A DNA stretch of 63,905 bases, filler included, from Folioceros fuciformis (taxonomy: Eukaryota), in the NCBI GenBank assembly GCA_049999805.1. It is 12 parts of 12 records of this genome, joined end to end, with 100 filler letters (N's around TTAATTAATTAA, not from the genome) between each part and the next. Parts side by side here need not be neighbours in the genome. Positions count along the whole stretch, not along the records: positions 43,196 to 52,388 come from JBNGIO010003982.1; positions 52,489 to 61,513 come from JBNGIO010003984.1; positions 61,614 to 63,905 come from JBNGIO010003994.1; 9 more parts are not named here. One strand, given 5' to 3'. The translations under genes were made by a program, and so were the position numbers. This document shows, piece by piece, positions 49,467-62,850 of the stretch. A model generated the notes under the pieces. That model made no database searches and was not told where the DNA came from. It saw only the letters and a list, made by a program, of their open reading frames with translations. How positions within the stretch are numbered: position 1 is the first letter of the stretch; each line of letters begins with the position of its first letter.

Positions 49467-51130
49467 TGTAGGGTTCTTAAAGCCCAATGTGCTTGTACTA
49501 ATGTGTTTAGTCTAAGATTAGTGTCTAGTTAAGTATCGTTTGTTTAGATTAGCTTAAGCTAATCTGTAGGAAGCTTCTTGCGCAGCTTCCTGTGCGCTTC
49601 TTGTGAAGCTTCCTTGGGAGCTCTTCTAGAGGGTATAAATACCCCCTTGAGCTCCCTTGCTATTGAGACACTGAGAGTGTGACCTCTCTTTCTCCTCTCC
49701 TCCCTGCTTCCTCCTCTCCTCCTTCACCATGTGGCTCCTCTAGCGATCCTTCAACTAGTGTCAGTGCAGGTGTGGAGCAAGATGGTGATGTCCGTAGGTG
49801 GTGCGGACAAGATAAGGATGGCAACATCGGAGCGACCGGGAGTCTGTATGTGGCATCCGAGGTGCAGGGTCTCAACCCCACTGTGCTCAGGCCACGGCAG
49901 CGCGAAGCAGGAGCGGGAGTGCGGGGCACCGGGAGGGTGCTCCCGCGCCATGAGGGGTGTCTGCCTCGGGGCGCCGTCTGCACCAAGTGCCTGGGGCGCG
50001 GGTGCCCAGGACGCCGCAGGCCCCATGCGTTGGGAGGCGGACGCCCCGGCCACAGGGCGCTGCCAGCCCGCGGGTGCGAGCATGGACTGTCCTAGGGCGG
50101 GGTGCCAGGGCGCCAGGGTGCCAGCCCGGCGCAGGTGCCAGAAACCCGGGCGCTAGGGTGCCAGTCCGGCCAGGGCGCCAGGGAGCGCCATTCGCCGGAG
50201 CGCCATAACGCGGGCATGGACATCACGGGAGTTGAGGCGCAGGTGACGCAAGCGACGCGGGTGCAGACGAGAGTGCGGGCGTAGACGCGAGTGCAGGCAA
50301 CGCGGGCGCAGGTGCTGGGCAGGGGCGACGCAGACATGAGCCAGCCAAGATCCCGGCCTCGAGGTGGCCAAATTTCGATCGGAGGTCGTGACACTCCAGT
50401 TATGAGCGACCGAGGCCTAAATTGTGAACAGCCGATTTGGAACAAGTTGCGAGGGTAACTTTTAGAATCTCCATTACATTTCAACCGTTTTCTAACGAGC
50501 CTTTTGCTTGATTTGCATCAATTTTGAATCATGACATTCTCAGAAAACGTCATGTTCAATATCAAGAAGTTAGATGGTACTAACTTTTCGTTCTGGAAAG
50601 GACCAGTGTATAATGTTCTAGTGCAGAAGAAGTAGATCAAGCTCATAAAGTTGCTAGGAGTGAAACCTATTACCATGACTCAAGATGAGTGGCAGGATCT
50701 AGATGAGCTTGCTAGATCTACCATCATGCTAACATTGTCGAAGTCGGTCTACTTTAATGTGAAAGACAAGACCACAAGTTACGAGGTATGGCACAAGTTG
50801 TGTGACCTATATGAGAAGCAAAGTGCGGCTTCTCAGGTGTACTGGTTGAAACAGCTGGTGGACTTGAAGATGAAGGAAGGGACGAGGATGTCCGATCATC
50901 TGAATGAGTTCAATACCATTTTCAGCCAGCTCTCATCTCAAGGTATGACGTTCCCAGATTTTGTGAGAGCTATGTTTCTGTTCGCCACATTATCAAAGAG
51001 TTGGGACACCTTTCGTACAGCTCTGAGTAATTCCGCTCCTGCCAGTGGTCTCATCATTGTAAATGTAGAAGGTAGCTTGTTAACAGAGGAGGTGAACAGG
51101 AAGAATATGGAACCTTCGAAAGGTTCCAAT
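49467..51130 (+). mobile_element. Family A Ty1/copia 5' part: LTR 49467-49753, decayed PBS, GC-rich leader, gag from ~50531
   Basis: gag FNIKKLDGTNFSFWK..ARSTIMLTLS..LKMKEGTRMSDHLNEF (Tnt1/Tork-like); one internal stop. Confidence 0.9.
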
Positions 51131-51850
51131 TGTAGGGTTATTAAAGCCCAATGTGCTTAGACTAATGTGTTTAGTCTAAGATTAATGTCTAATTAAGTAT
51201 CATTAGTTCATATTAGCTTAAGNNNNNNNNNNNNNNNNNNNNNNNNNNNNNNNNNNNNNNNNNNNNNNNNNNNNNNNNNNNNNNNNNNNNNNNNNNNNNN
51301 NNNNNNNNNNNNNNNNNNNNNNCTAAGATTAATGTCTAATTAAGTATCATTAGTTCATATTAGCTTAAGGTAATTTGTAGGAAGCTTCTTACGCAGCTTC
51401 CCGTGCGGTTCTTGTGAAGCTTCGTAGGGAGCTTTTCTAGAGGGTATAAATACCCCCTTGACCTCCCTTGCAATGTGAGACATTGTGAGAGTGTGACCTC
51501 TCTTTCTCCTCTCCTCCTTCACCATGTGGCTTCTCTAGCGATTCTTCAAGTGGTATCAGAGCCTGGTGTGGCTGCAAGATGGTGATGTCCCTGGTACTGC
51601 GAACAAGGTGCTCAAGGCGGTTGTGAGGGAGGCTCAAGGCGGTTGTGAGGAGGCATTGGAGTGGCCGTATGCGGCATCCGATGGAGCGGAGCGTGGGGCG
51701 CCGAGAGGTAGACGATCCCGGCCGCAGGCGCCAGGTGGGCGCCCCAGCGGAAGGGCGCAAGCCCCGGGCTGCAGGGGCGCCGTCAGGCCCCCCCGGCCGC
51801 CGCGGTTGGCCATGCCGGGGCGCCAAGCCCCTTAGAGGGTGCTGTCGTGC
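51131..51850 (+). mobile_element. Second family A element nested in gag: LTR 51131-51548, PBS 51551-51562, GC-rich leader
   Basis: TG...CA followed by agTGGTATCAGAGC (initiator tRNA-Met PBS). Confidence 0.9.
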
Positions 51851-52599
51851 GAGGCACATAGCAGACGGTCAAGCTGGTGATAAGTCTGGCAACCTCCAGC
51901 CAGGAGCATCAGCTGAATAACACAACACATACCAAAGAAAGTGGTAAGAAGGTTAGCATCACGCAAGGTGCAGAGCACTGGGAAAATGTGGAACCCCCAT
52001 CCTAGACATGGAATCTGCTCACACGCAGATTTCTGGACGTTTTTGTTGGAAGAACTTGATTGACGGGCTGCCTATGCCAGGCATCTTGGAGTCGGGTAAA
52101 TGACACCACGTGCTGCAGCAAGATACGAAGAACATCAATCCTTACAACTCTTGAGCCCAAATACGGCTGGAACAACAAAAGCAATTGAGTTTCTAAGATA
52201 GCGGCAGGCACTCTCCCTTGGTGCGACTTCGATGACTAGGAGCTTCCATCTCCATCTCCAGGGTTTAGCGTGGCGGCCATGGTTGACGTTAGCGATTCTG
52301 GTGCGGGCTTGCCTCTTTGAGTCATGATCATTTGGTTGGACTCACACTCTCAGTGTGAGCCCACGGTTTTCAGCAGGCCAGTTGCAAGNNNNNNNNNNNN
52401 NNNNNNNNNNNNNNNNNNNNNNNNNNNNNNNNTTAATTAATTAANNNNNNNNNNNNNNNNNNNNNNNNNNNNNNNNNNNNNNNNNNNNCAGCGCCTGGCT
52501 CCGGCGGCCTGCCTGGCCGTGCCTAGGCGCCCGGCTCCGGTGGCCAAGGGGCCTGGCGCCAGCTATGCACCATTTGACAGTTCCTACATAGGCATATAA

Positions 52600-55419
52600 G
52601 GAGAAAGCAACCCAATTGGGCCCTGTTGTGGATCATACACATGTGGATACGGCGTAGGATTAGAGCAGCACATTAGGGCACGGTTCGCCGTAGACACAAA
52701 TACTTAAATACTTTAACAGTTCGAGTAGTTAACGTAGTAGATACGAAACTGCTTAGGAGTTACGGTAGTTACAACTGCAAATTCTGTATATAAAACTCAA
52801 CGTGCTTAATGTAAGATTGTCCAATCCAGTCCTGGCCAACTTAGCTACATGGTATCAAAGCCGTAGCGCTCTTCGCTGCACGGCGCACGCCCTCTATCTC
52901 ACGCCATAGTGCGACATGGCTTTTGTGCAACCATGCAGTGAACCGAATCTAAGATCATGAGACGCAAGCCATTATGCCTCACTGATGCACGGAAGCAAGT
53001 TATGCCCCTATTCACCATGCACAGTAGTCCTAACGTACAGCAACATCATCGACGCGAAGATGAGAATTGACACAACCCGCCACAACCATTTGTGTCAACT
53101 GCCTTCAACACGTTCATTCTAAAGGCACTACACGCTGTCAACGACATTTGTTATTAGCCAAAAAAGCAGCCTACAAATCATAGCCTTCCCAGATCAATTA
53201 GAAGTCAGCTTATCCTCATCGAATCACAAATGGAGGCCCTCCATATTGCCATCACAAACCTACACGCAAAATATAATACACACTTAGAGACCCTCTAAGT
53301 CAACTGTACGAAGAAGCTCATTGAATCTACTCAGCCAGCAGCCATGAGTAGCACAATCATAAACACTTTTAAAGTAGAATTTCACGACAGAGATTGCTTT
53401 AATGGGAATGACTTCGACATTTGGCAGATGCGTCTAACAGCGCTTCTTGAAGAACACAATTTAATGGGAGTTGTGGATGGCAGTATGCCAATCCCCTCAC
53501 TTACTTCTTCTCCACTTGCGTTAGTTGTAGACATACAGGCTTGGACTAAGAAGGACAAGCATGCAAGGAGCATTCTTATATCTACTATAGACAAGAACAT
53601 GATGCACCACACACAAGGTCAACAAACCTCGAACGATGTGTGGAACACCTTCAAAGAAATGTTATAGGCATAAAGTTCAATGTCCCTGATCAATGCCACA
53701 TGGAAATTTTATTCTTTGAAGATGAAAGACAACAAAACCATCAAACAACATATCAACAATTTCCGTTCAGCAAGAGCAAAGCTAGCCTCAAGTGGCACAA
53801 CTCTTACAGAAACACAGGCAGCAGTAGCCTTACTAACCTCTTTGCATGCTTCATACAGGACTTTTGTCAGTTCTCAGAACCCAGCACTCCTCTAAGCAAC
53901 TCAACCCGGCAGCACATCCACCTACACTCTCACAATTGTAGTCGGAGCCCTACTAGAGGAAGAATTGAGCAGAGTAGGTGTCGCCAAACCCAACACTAGT
54001 GTTGGCCATGCTCTGTTCACTTCAAGCGGAAGAGGAGGCTTTCAAGGCAGAGGACGAGGAAACTTTTCAACTAGAAAGTTTTTCAACAAATCTAGACAAC
54101 AAGGTGCATGTCAGAACATGTACATCAACAAAACAAGCAATAAGTGAACAACAAAGGGAACCTGCAACTGGTGTAGAATCCCTGGCCATTACGAGCACGA
54201 ATGCCGAAAGAAACTTGCTGGTGAACCCATACAAGAGACATCACGAAATGAAGTTGATGCTACGACTAGCGGCAGAGCACCTTCCTCCATTTCCATATTG
54301 GCAGTCTGCCTCACTCTCACAAGGACAGACACAAGTAGATGGTTTCTCGACTCAGGAGCCACTACTCACATCTGTAGTTGTAAGGATATGTTTACCTCTT
54401 ACCACAATGTCCTATCTGATCAACATGTGCTCTTGGGCGATGACAATGCACTTCATGTTGAGGGATCTGGAGAGGTACATCTAAGATTGTCGATAGGCGA
54501 ACTGCTTATCATCAATGGAGTCCTACATGTCCGTGCCATGACAAAAAATCTTCTCTCAGTTAGGAAACTCGCAGCTGAACATGACTTGGTCATCAAACTC
54601 CAAGGTAATTATTGTACCATACATCATTCCAAGGATCCCCATTATACAACTCTAGCACACAGCTTACCCTTCAATGACCTTTACCTCCTAAACATTCAAT
54701 CAATTTCTTCTCTTCTTGTTGACAGTTCAGCTTTCAGCCCTCCTAGTGAGTTCCTCCTTTGGCACTGTCGCGCTGGTCACATGAACCCCAGTACCTCAAC
54801 ATGTTATCAAACCCAAGCATGTATAAAGAGCTAGTTAAACTTAAAGTCCCCAAAGACTTTTTCTGTGAAATTTGCCAATATGCTAAGCTCAGCCAACTTC
54901 CTTTCAAGGATTCCTCACCTACTCGTGCTCGTCGCCTTCTTGAGGTCGTCCACTTTGACATTTGTGGACCAACGAGTACAACATCTTTTGGCGGCTACTC
55001 ATATTTCCTCACCTTTCTTGACAAGTGGAGCCACTTCTGTCATGTCTACATTCTCCGCCATAAAGATGAAGCCCTTTCATGTTTCTAGGACTTTCTCCTC
55101 ATAGTTGAACGTCAAACTAGCTTCACATTGACCATCCTGCGTATAGACAATGTAGGTGAATACACTAGTCACTCTTTTCATGAGTTTTGCAAGTCAAAGG
55201 GCATCCTCAGACAGTTTACCATACTTTATACTCCAGCTCAGAACCCCTTCATCGAAAGATTGAATAGATCCTTGCTCGACATGTCCCGTTCTCTCCTTAA
55301 ACTCGCAGGCCTTACAAAGGGGTACTGGGCAAAAGCCGTTAGTACTTCAAACTATCTTAAAAATAGATGCCTACCAAAGACCTCCTTCATACTACCCCCT
55401 TCGAGAGGTGGAGTGGCAC
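52600..55419 (+). mobile_element. Decayed Ty1/copia: LTR end (52849), PBS 52850-52862, gag, protease, integrase
   Basis: CA-TGGTATCAAAGCC; EFHDRDCFNG; CNWCRIPGHYEHEC; WFLDSGATTH; EVVHFDICGP; RIDNVGEY. Confidence 0.92.
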
Positions 55420-56310
55420 TATGGAGTGATTCTTATACCCAAGAACCACCAAGGGGCCACATTTCTCCTTATTATCGTTGCAGTCTTATGATTCGCTCCC
55501 AAGGGAGTGAACTAGTGTCAAGGTTTCCTACAATTCCCTAATCTCATCTTATCTATTAGTCGATACCTAGTGCTACAGTAATAGGTCAGAATCCTCGGCC
55601 CTGTCTTTAGCTTCTACCACAATGTCAACCCCAGCCTCAACTGAATGAGATCTCCAGCATCGTCTTCAGCTCCCGCTTCCGGCTCTAAGTACCAATCACC
55701 TCAGTGGCTGAAAGGAGGCTCCAGCCCCAGGTCCGGCCTCCAACTCTCAGCTCCAAGTCGGCCCTCTCACCGGTTGAGAGGAAGCTTTGGCTCCAACCTC
55801 GGCCTCCACTCTTAACCCAAGCTCCGGCCACCTCTCCAGCTGAAAGGAGACTCTAGCACCCGCCGGCCTCCAACTCTCAGCACCTAGTGTTAACTACCTC
55901 AGCAACTGAACAGAACCCTTAAACTTAGCAAGCTTCTCACTCCAGCTTCAGCACCCCACTCCACCACTTCAGCACTTCACTCCAGCATTTCAGTCCTTCG
56001 CTCCAGCATTTCAGTCCTTCACTCCAGCATTTCAGTCCTTCACTCCAGCATTTCAGTCCTTCACTCCAGCANNNNNNNNNNNNNNNNNNNNNNNNNNNNN
56101 NNNNNNNNNNNNNNNNNNNNNNNNNNNNNNNNNNNNNNNNNNNNNNNNNNNNNNNNNNNNNNNNNNNNNNNCACTCCAGCACATCACTTCACACTCCAGC
56201 ACCTCACTTCACCCTCCAGCACCTCACTTCAGCTCCACTCCTCACTTCAACACTTCCACTCCCAAAATCTGCAACTCAACACTTCTCTCCTAGAATTTGG
56301 AACACAACAG
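55420..56310 (-). mobile_element. Family C LTR-like insert containing a 21-bp minisatellite (cactccagcatttcagtcctt, ~55937-56240)
   Basis: Homologous to 25305-26162; breaks the copia integrase after PFERWSG. Confidence 0.72.
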
Positions 56311-59300
56311 CTAACGCTGTGTATACAAAGTTGCATTAAAAAGAAAAGATAGTGCACATAGTTCTTGTAGGTTCGTGAACACGCGCGCAGGTGACACACG
56401 ACAGTTATTTGTGTAACTACCTTCTAACTTTAACTACTTATTTTAGGTTAGAAGTTTGACATTATTATATGCTAAATAAGATGGACCGAATATGTGAACA
56501 CCCCCACTTGAGGTCCTATCTTATACTATTAAAAAAAAAACTTCTAATGTCAATCTTACGCTTCACTCTTTTTCCGATCCGCCAATCGCTTAAGACCTTG
56601 ATTGCGGCGCTAGCTTGGGTTGTTACAATCTTCGACACTGTAGTTGCAGAGCTTGAAGCTGCCCTAAAAACATCAGTTGTTGATGATCACCCGCCGCCAC
56701 TCAAACCCTCAGCCGCCAGCCTCTCCGACACGATTCAGGCAGAAGCTACTCCTCCCTTCATCTGCAGGAAGACAGGGTTTTACATTTTGCGAGTGGGAAT
56801 TGATGACGAAACTTCACCTGGCACTAGTCGGAAAACTTCTACACAGCTGACAGTTTGTTGATGGATGGCGTGTAGGCAGATAGTCTGCTGTTACTTCTCA
56901 CAGGCTGATATGCCTAGTCTATTTGCATGTTTGTTGTGCAGCTCTCTAGGCAGGGCTTTGGTCAGTAGATCTGTAGGGTTCTCAGCTATAGGAATATACT
57001 GGACTGACATCTGATCGTTGCTCACCACTTCTCTTATGAAATGGTGATATATTTCCATATGCTTCACCTTAGAGTGGAAAACAAGGTTTTTTGATAGCGC
57101 AATGGTGCCCTGATTATCACACTGAAGAACGGTGGCGCTTGGTTGCTTCATCCCAACACCAGATAGGTTCCTCCTGATCCAAATTGCTTCTTTCGCAGCT
57201 ACTGTAAGTGCTTTGTATTCAGCTTCCGTGCTGGAAGTTGATACAGTTGCTTGTCTCTTGCTTGTCCAAGCGATCGGACCTCCTGCCAACAAGAACACGA
57301 TGGCTGATAGGGACGACTTGCTGTCCAAGTCAGACGCCCAGTCTGAGTCGCAGAAGCCCTCCAACGTTAAAAGCTCCTCCTCTGTCCCAGTATATGTAAT
57401 TCCATGTGTCGGGGTGGATTTCAAGTATCTGAAAGTTCTTTTTACTTGGCTCCAATGCTCAGGGTGAGGATTTTCTAAGAACTGTGACTCCAGGCTTACA
57501 GGAAGGCAATATCTGGTCGTGTAACGTTTGACAGATAGATTAGGGTTCCTACTGCATGCCGATATGGTGTCCTAGACATCTCTTCAGCTTCTTCAGGTGA
57601 CATGGGAACCAGGCTCTTCATCAGTTTCAGTCCTATGGCCAACAGAGTGGCACATCCATTCGCATTCTCAAGGTTAAACTTCTTCAAGCAATCTCTGACA
57701 TACTTATGCTGCGAGATGGAAAGTTTTCTTGCCTTCCTATCTCTTGCAATCTCAATTCCAAGGCACCATGTAAGTTCCCCTAACTTTGTCATCTCGAATT
57801 CCTTTGTGAGAAGTGATTTAACCTTCTGCATTAAGCTCCCTTTGCCTGTGGTTGCAGCCAGAATTAAGTCATCTACGTACAACAGAAGTATTAGGAAACT
57901 CATGTCCTCAGTCATGACATACAGTCCTGGGTTAGCATCACCCTGCTTGAAGCCCATCCTTTTTAGATAAGTATCTAGCCGCTGATTCCAAGCTCTAGGG
58001 CTCTGTTTAAGTCCATACAAGGTTTTCTTTAGCTTATAGACTAGATGCTCTATCCCTGGCTTCACGTAGCCCTCAGGTTGCACCATGTACAAGTCTTCTT
58101 CAAGAGTACCATGTAAAAAAGCGGTCTTAACGTCCATTTGCTCTAAATCCAGGTCCATATGTGCAGCTAGGGCAAGAATCATCCAAAGGGTTGAGAACTT
58201 GACAACTAGAGCGAATGTGTCAGTAAAATCTATGCCAAGAATCTGAGAAAACCCTCTTGCCATCAGCTTTCATTTTTCGCTTGAAGACCCATTTACTTGA
58301 GGTAGGTCTTCTACCCTGTGGCAACTCCTCCAATGTCCAGGTTCCATTTTTAACTACTGATACATACTCATCTTCTACTGCCTTCTTCCACTGTCTTGCC
58401 TTAGGTCCTGAATATGCTTGTTGTATAGAGACTGGTTCAGCAGGATCGAAGGTGGATGCCACCATAGCTTGGACAAACCACGTGGACGGGGTTGCATGCC
58501 CAGCTGAAAATACATCTTCACTGTCCACCTCAGCAGGTGCTGGTACTAATGCAGGTGCCCCAACTGTAGGCACTTCCAAGGTAACAACACTACCAGCATT
58601 TGACTTGTCTACCTTTTGTTTCTATAATTTAGTCCCCCTAGCTGGCCTCCAGTCTTCCATCTTGAGGGGAGGCTCCTTCCACGGCCTGTTTCTTTCATGC
58701 AGATTATATGAGCTTCTCAATTGTGAAGCAGGTACATCAGCAATGGGCACCTCCTCTATGGGCTCTGCTGCTTCCAATTCTTCTGTATAGGTGTCAGGTC
58801 ATATACTATCACCCTTGACTGCAGGCTCAAAAACATGACAATCATCATCCTCGCCAGATTGACCAAAATATGAAACTTCAAACTGATCTACATCAACATG
58901 ACTCAGAATGGGTGCCCCATCAACTGGATCATTCTCGTTAGGGTCCTCAATAGTCTCAGGTAGAACATTTTTACTTCTATCCGACTCAATGGAGGCAGTA
59001 GGAGAATGCATCACTCGTCGTTCATCAAAAACTACACTACGTGCATGGCTGACAATGCATGTCTCAGGGTCATACTTGTGTGCCCTGTTGTGCAGCTTCG
59101 TTGTCCTTTTAGGCTTTGGAACAAACGCATATGCTAGAGCACCGAAAATGCGAAGGTGCTGTATTGCTGGTTTTCATCCCCACCACGCCTCAAATGGCAT
59201 CTTGCCAGGTAACACTCGAGTTGGTAACGTGTTGAGCAAATAGTTAGTAGTGTTCATGGCCTCAGCCCAATATCGCCTAGGAAGCCTAGCTTGCTTAAGC

Positions 59301-59757
59301 AAAGCCCGAGCAGTTTCTTGCAACAACTGATTCTTCTTCTCTGCGACGCCGTTGAGTTGAGCTGTGTAGGGGACTGTGAGTTGCCTCATGATGCCAAGAT
59401 CCCAACAATATGCTTTAAACTCACCAGAGATGTACTCCTCACCATTGTCGGATCGGAGGCATCGCAAACTATGACTAGTTTGCCGCTCACCCAAGTGCAG
59501 GAAATCTTTGAAGTGCTGAAGGGTTTCACTCTTGTACTTTAGAATGTATAAAGTGCAGTAGCGAGTGCAGTCATCGATAAAAGTGAGGAAATACGACCCA
59601 CCACCAATGGAAGGTACTGGAATCGGGCCACAGATATCCGTATGCACGAGTTCTAGAGGTGTGGAGGCACAATGAGCACCTATCTTGTCAAAAGCAGCCT
59701 CATGATGTTTCCCATAGATGCACGACTCACATAGCGGTAAGTCCCTATGGACTCCAC
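56310..59757 (-). mobile_element. Ty1/copia pol (integrase, RT, RNase H), PPT 56501-56510 and 3' LTR
   Basis: ELVHTDICGP, IDDCTRY, QLNGVAEK; QMDVKTAFLHG, LYGLKQSPRAW, LYVDDL; EGFCDSDWA, STEAEY, CDNQG. Minus strand AAGTGGGGG then TGTTCA. Confidence 0.95.
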
Positions 59758-61168
59758 ATGCTGAACAGACCCCTGGGAAATAATAGGTTTTCGTTTTTCT
59801 TTTTTTGATCTGTGAGTGAGTGCTGTAGAGGAAAGGTTGGGAGATTAGGTTAGAATAGTAGCTAGATTTGTGGTGAGTCGATAGGGTAGGTAGGTTGTGT
59901 GGTAGATAGGACACGGGCTCTGGTTCCTCAGGGTAAGGTAACGGAGGAATAGGACACCCTAGGACGTCATGGAAGGCGAGCCAGGGGGTCCTCTGGCTGT
60001 TGCTGGGAGAAGCAGGAGATGGAGATTGAGGTACTTGGGGCCGAGGACCTGGGAGCAGGCAGCTAGGTTGGTGGCTGTTGGGAAGCTTAGGCCGCAACCT
60101 AACCCGGTCCAATCATGCAGGAAGCAGAGGTGGTGTCGGATTGGGGCTAGGCGACGCTGGGAGGTGGGTCAGTCCGAGTCTAGAGGGCAGCGAGGCCGAA
60201 GATGGCCGTGGGGTTACAGGTCTCTAGGGCTGTTACTGGAACAGTGGGCGGGTTAGGTGGCCAGGCAAGGCGTGAGCAGTCCCGTTTAGGTCTAGACATA
60301 GCATCTGAGTAGGGTGCTGGACCCGGAAGCGAACAAGGCTGGTGTGTGGCCTCAGTACATATGGGTGGCTAGCAAGGCGGGTGGTGGCGGCGCATCCAAG
60401 CTGGCCTGGATGGACCTGAGCCAGCCCGAGAGTTGGGCTGGCAGGGGTTATTCACGACCGGAGCCAGGTAGTCTGGGAGCTCGAGGGGTAGCCAGCCGGC
60501 AGGCAGACCAGCTGATTGGAGTGGCTAGCTAGCTTAGGTAGATGGCAGCGATGGCAGCAGCCCAGGGGAGCTCCTTGACGGGGGAGGATCCAAGAGACGA
60601 GCAGATCCGGGCCGAAGCCGAGACCGGGTAGTGGCGGCGGTGGCAGAAGGTAGACCCGACCACAGCAGGTGCCAGATCGCCGGCTGCTATAGAGGGGACA
60701 ACCAGGCTGGGCCATGGCGACTTTGGAGCTGGCCGTCGGTGGCCAATCCAGGCCGGTGTAGGCTGCGAATGGGCAGCTAGCAGGGGATCGGCAGCAACTA
60801 GGGTCCAGGCCGCACCAAGCGGGCCGGGGAGACGATGGATCCAGGTTCCAGGTAGGCGCCGCCATCGGCTGGTATCGGTTAGATGGTGCTGGGGTAGATC
60901 TGGGCAGCCAGCGTGGGTCGGTGGAAGCTACGGGGCTGCCTGTGGTGCAGTCGGTTTCGTGGTTCTTGCGAAAAGCTGCAGCATGTTTTCTGTGCTCACC
61001 ATAGGGGAAAGAGCTGGGCCATGGCGAGAAGCCACCTGGTAGGGCTGGCCGATCTAAAGCAAGCCAAGCTGCTGCAGGTGAACAGGGCAGGCCGGCTTGG
61101 AACCGATTGGTGATGGCGAGTGCTGGAGGCAAGCCGAATCGGGGACACACATACCTCGCTGGGGCAGA

Positions 61169-61513
61169 TGTGAACCTCCAAAGTTTGGGGTAGTAGTTTG
61201 TTTTGGTTGAAAAAGTGTTAATAGTGGTATAGTTTGGTTTTCTTTTTCAACTTATTTTTCCTAATTTTCCTTGATTTTCTGGTCATTTTTCCTATTTTTC
61301 TGTGTGTTAATTAGGTTAATTGACAAGGAAATAGTTGGTTTGGTTATAAGAGTGGGTATAGGTTTGGTCCCAGAGCTGGGAAGGTTTAGGTTCGGTACCA
61401 GGCCATAGGGTTGGGTGATTAGTTTAATATTAATTAAAGATATATAATAGTAAATGATTAAATAATATAAAAATAATAAAAATAATATAATAATGATTTG
61501 AACATAGGAAGGG
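61169..61513 (+). mobile_element. Repeat family B terminus (probable LTR)
   Basis: Third copy of TGTGAACCTCCAAAGTTTGGGG; 59760-61168 is probably retroelement internal sequence. Confidence 0.78.
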
Positions 61514-62013
61514 NNNNNNNNNNNNNNNNNNNNNNNNNNNNNNNNNNNNNNNNNNNNTTAATTAATTAANNNNNNNNNNNNNNNNNNNNNNNNNNNNNNN
61601 NNNNNNNNNNNNNAAATAGAGCAATCTAGATCTTGCGTCGAGTAGGGCAATGGATGGCTAAGCTCTTTAGAGTTGCTTCGCCTTCAAGGCATTAGATGGT
61701 TGTGGAGGAAGGATGCGGAAATCAGCCCTAGAACGTTGCAGCCTATCATTGTTCTCATGAGATCTTCAAGAGTAGGTCAATGGCGAACCATAGAGGAAGT
61801 GTATGGAAAAACAAGGTCCCTCTATCTCGGCTGTGACTTTATGTTGGTTTTGGCTGGAGGAGAATTGGGGCCTACCATTTCAACCCAACCTCTTTAGGTG
61901 GCTGATGCTAGAAGGGAGTGATGACTCCAAGTCGAGATCCTTCTTTAATTTCCATGTCTCACGGTTATTTGGCTCGTACGCTCCCAAAGGAACCACAAAC
62001 AAGAGGCTGATGG

Positions 62014-62565
62014 CTCCAAGGTTGAAGTTTATCAAGGTATTGACAACTGAAGGCGCTCAAGCTCTTATGGTCTTGCAAAAGCATTCCTCCCAAGGTCAAA
62101 ACCATGGTGCAGTGCTTCTTCCAGGCCTGCTTACNNNNNNNNNNACCCCAAAGTGCCCCTCCAAGGTTGAAGTTTATCAAGGTGTTGACAACTGGAGGAG
62201 CTCAAGCTCTTACCGTCTTGCAAAAGCATTCCTCCCAAAGTCAAAACCATGGTGCAGTGCTTCTTCCAGGCCTGCTTACTCCAAAGTGCCCCTCCAAGGT
62301 TGAAGTTTATCAAGGTGTTGATATCTGGAGGAGCTCAAGCTCTTACCGTCTTGCAAAAGCATTCCTCCCAAAGTCAAAACCATGGTGCAGTGCTTCTTCC
62401 AGGCCTGCTTACCCCAAAGTGCCCCTCCAAGGTTGAAGTTTATCAAGGTGTTGACAATTGGAGGAGCTCAAGCTCTTATGGTCTTGCAAAAGCATTCCTC
62501 CCAAGGTCAAAACCATGTTGCAGTGCTTCTTCTAGGCCTACTTACCCCAAAGTGCCCCAAAGTGC
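62014..62565. repeat. 133-bp tandem satellite, about 4 copies
   Basis: ctccaaggttgaagtttatcaaggt...ccaaagtgccc recurs at 133-nt spacing. Confidence 0.93.
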
Positions 62566-62569
62566 TCAT

Positions 62570-62850
62570 CGTAGTTCACACATTTGATATTGAACACTCT
62601 AGACATTCAACGTAGTTCACACATTTGAGATAGAACACTCTAGACATTCAACGTAGTTCACAAATTTGAGATTGAACACTCTTGACATTCAATGTAGTTC
62701 ACAGATTTCAGATTGAACACTCTAGACATTCAACGTAGTTCACAAATTTGAGATTGAATACTCTGGACATTCAATTCAATGTAGTTCACAGATTTGAGAT
62801 TGAACACTCTAGACATTCAACGTAGATCACACATTTGAGACTGAACACTC
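62570..62850. repeat. 41-bp minisatellite (cgtagttcacacatttgagattgaacactctagacattcaa), about 7 copies
   Basis: Head-to-tail copies with no spacers. Confidence 0.95.

Noticed and set aside
51131-51370. Internal ~50-bp duplication within the LTR
   Set aside because: Flanks a 100-N gap; most likely an unmerged contig overlap.
59969-61150. Long GC-rich ORFs
   Set aside because: No recognisable motifs; expected by chance in GC-rich retroelement internal sequence.
11566-61613. Recurrent TTAATTAATTAA palindromes and apparent gene clustering across the window
   Set aside because: These are artificial linkers between unrelated scaffolds. The PPR, methyltransferase and PHD elements cannot be treated as one physical cluster, and ORFs ending in ...LIN are artefacts.
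61803-62615. Repetitive ORFs (PRLKFIKVL...)
   Set aside because: Translation of the 133-bp satellite; the unit length is not a multiple of 3.
62570-62850. 41-bp repeats as a CRISPR array
   Set aside because: Head-to-tail copies with no unique spacers, no cas genes, eukaryotic context.
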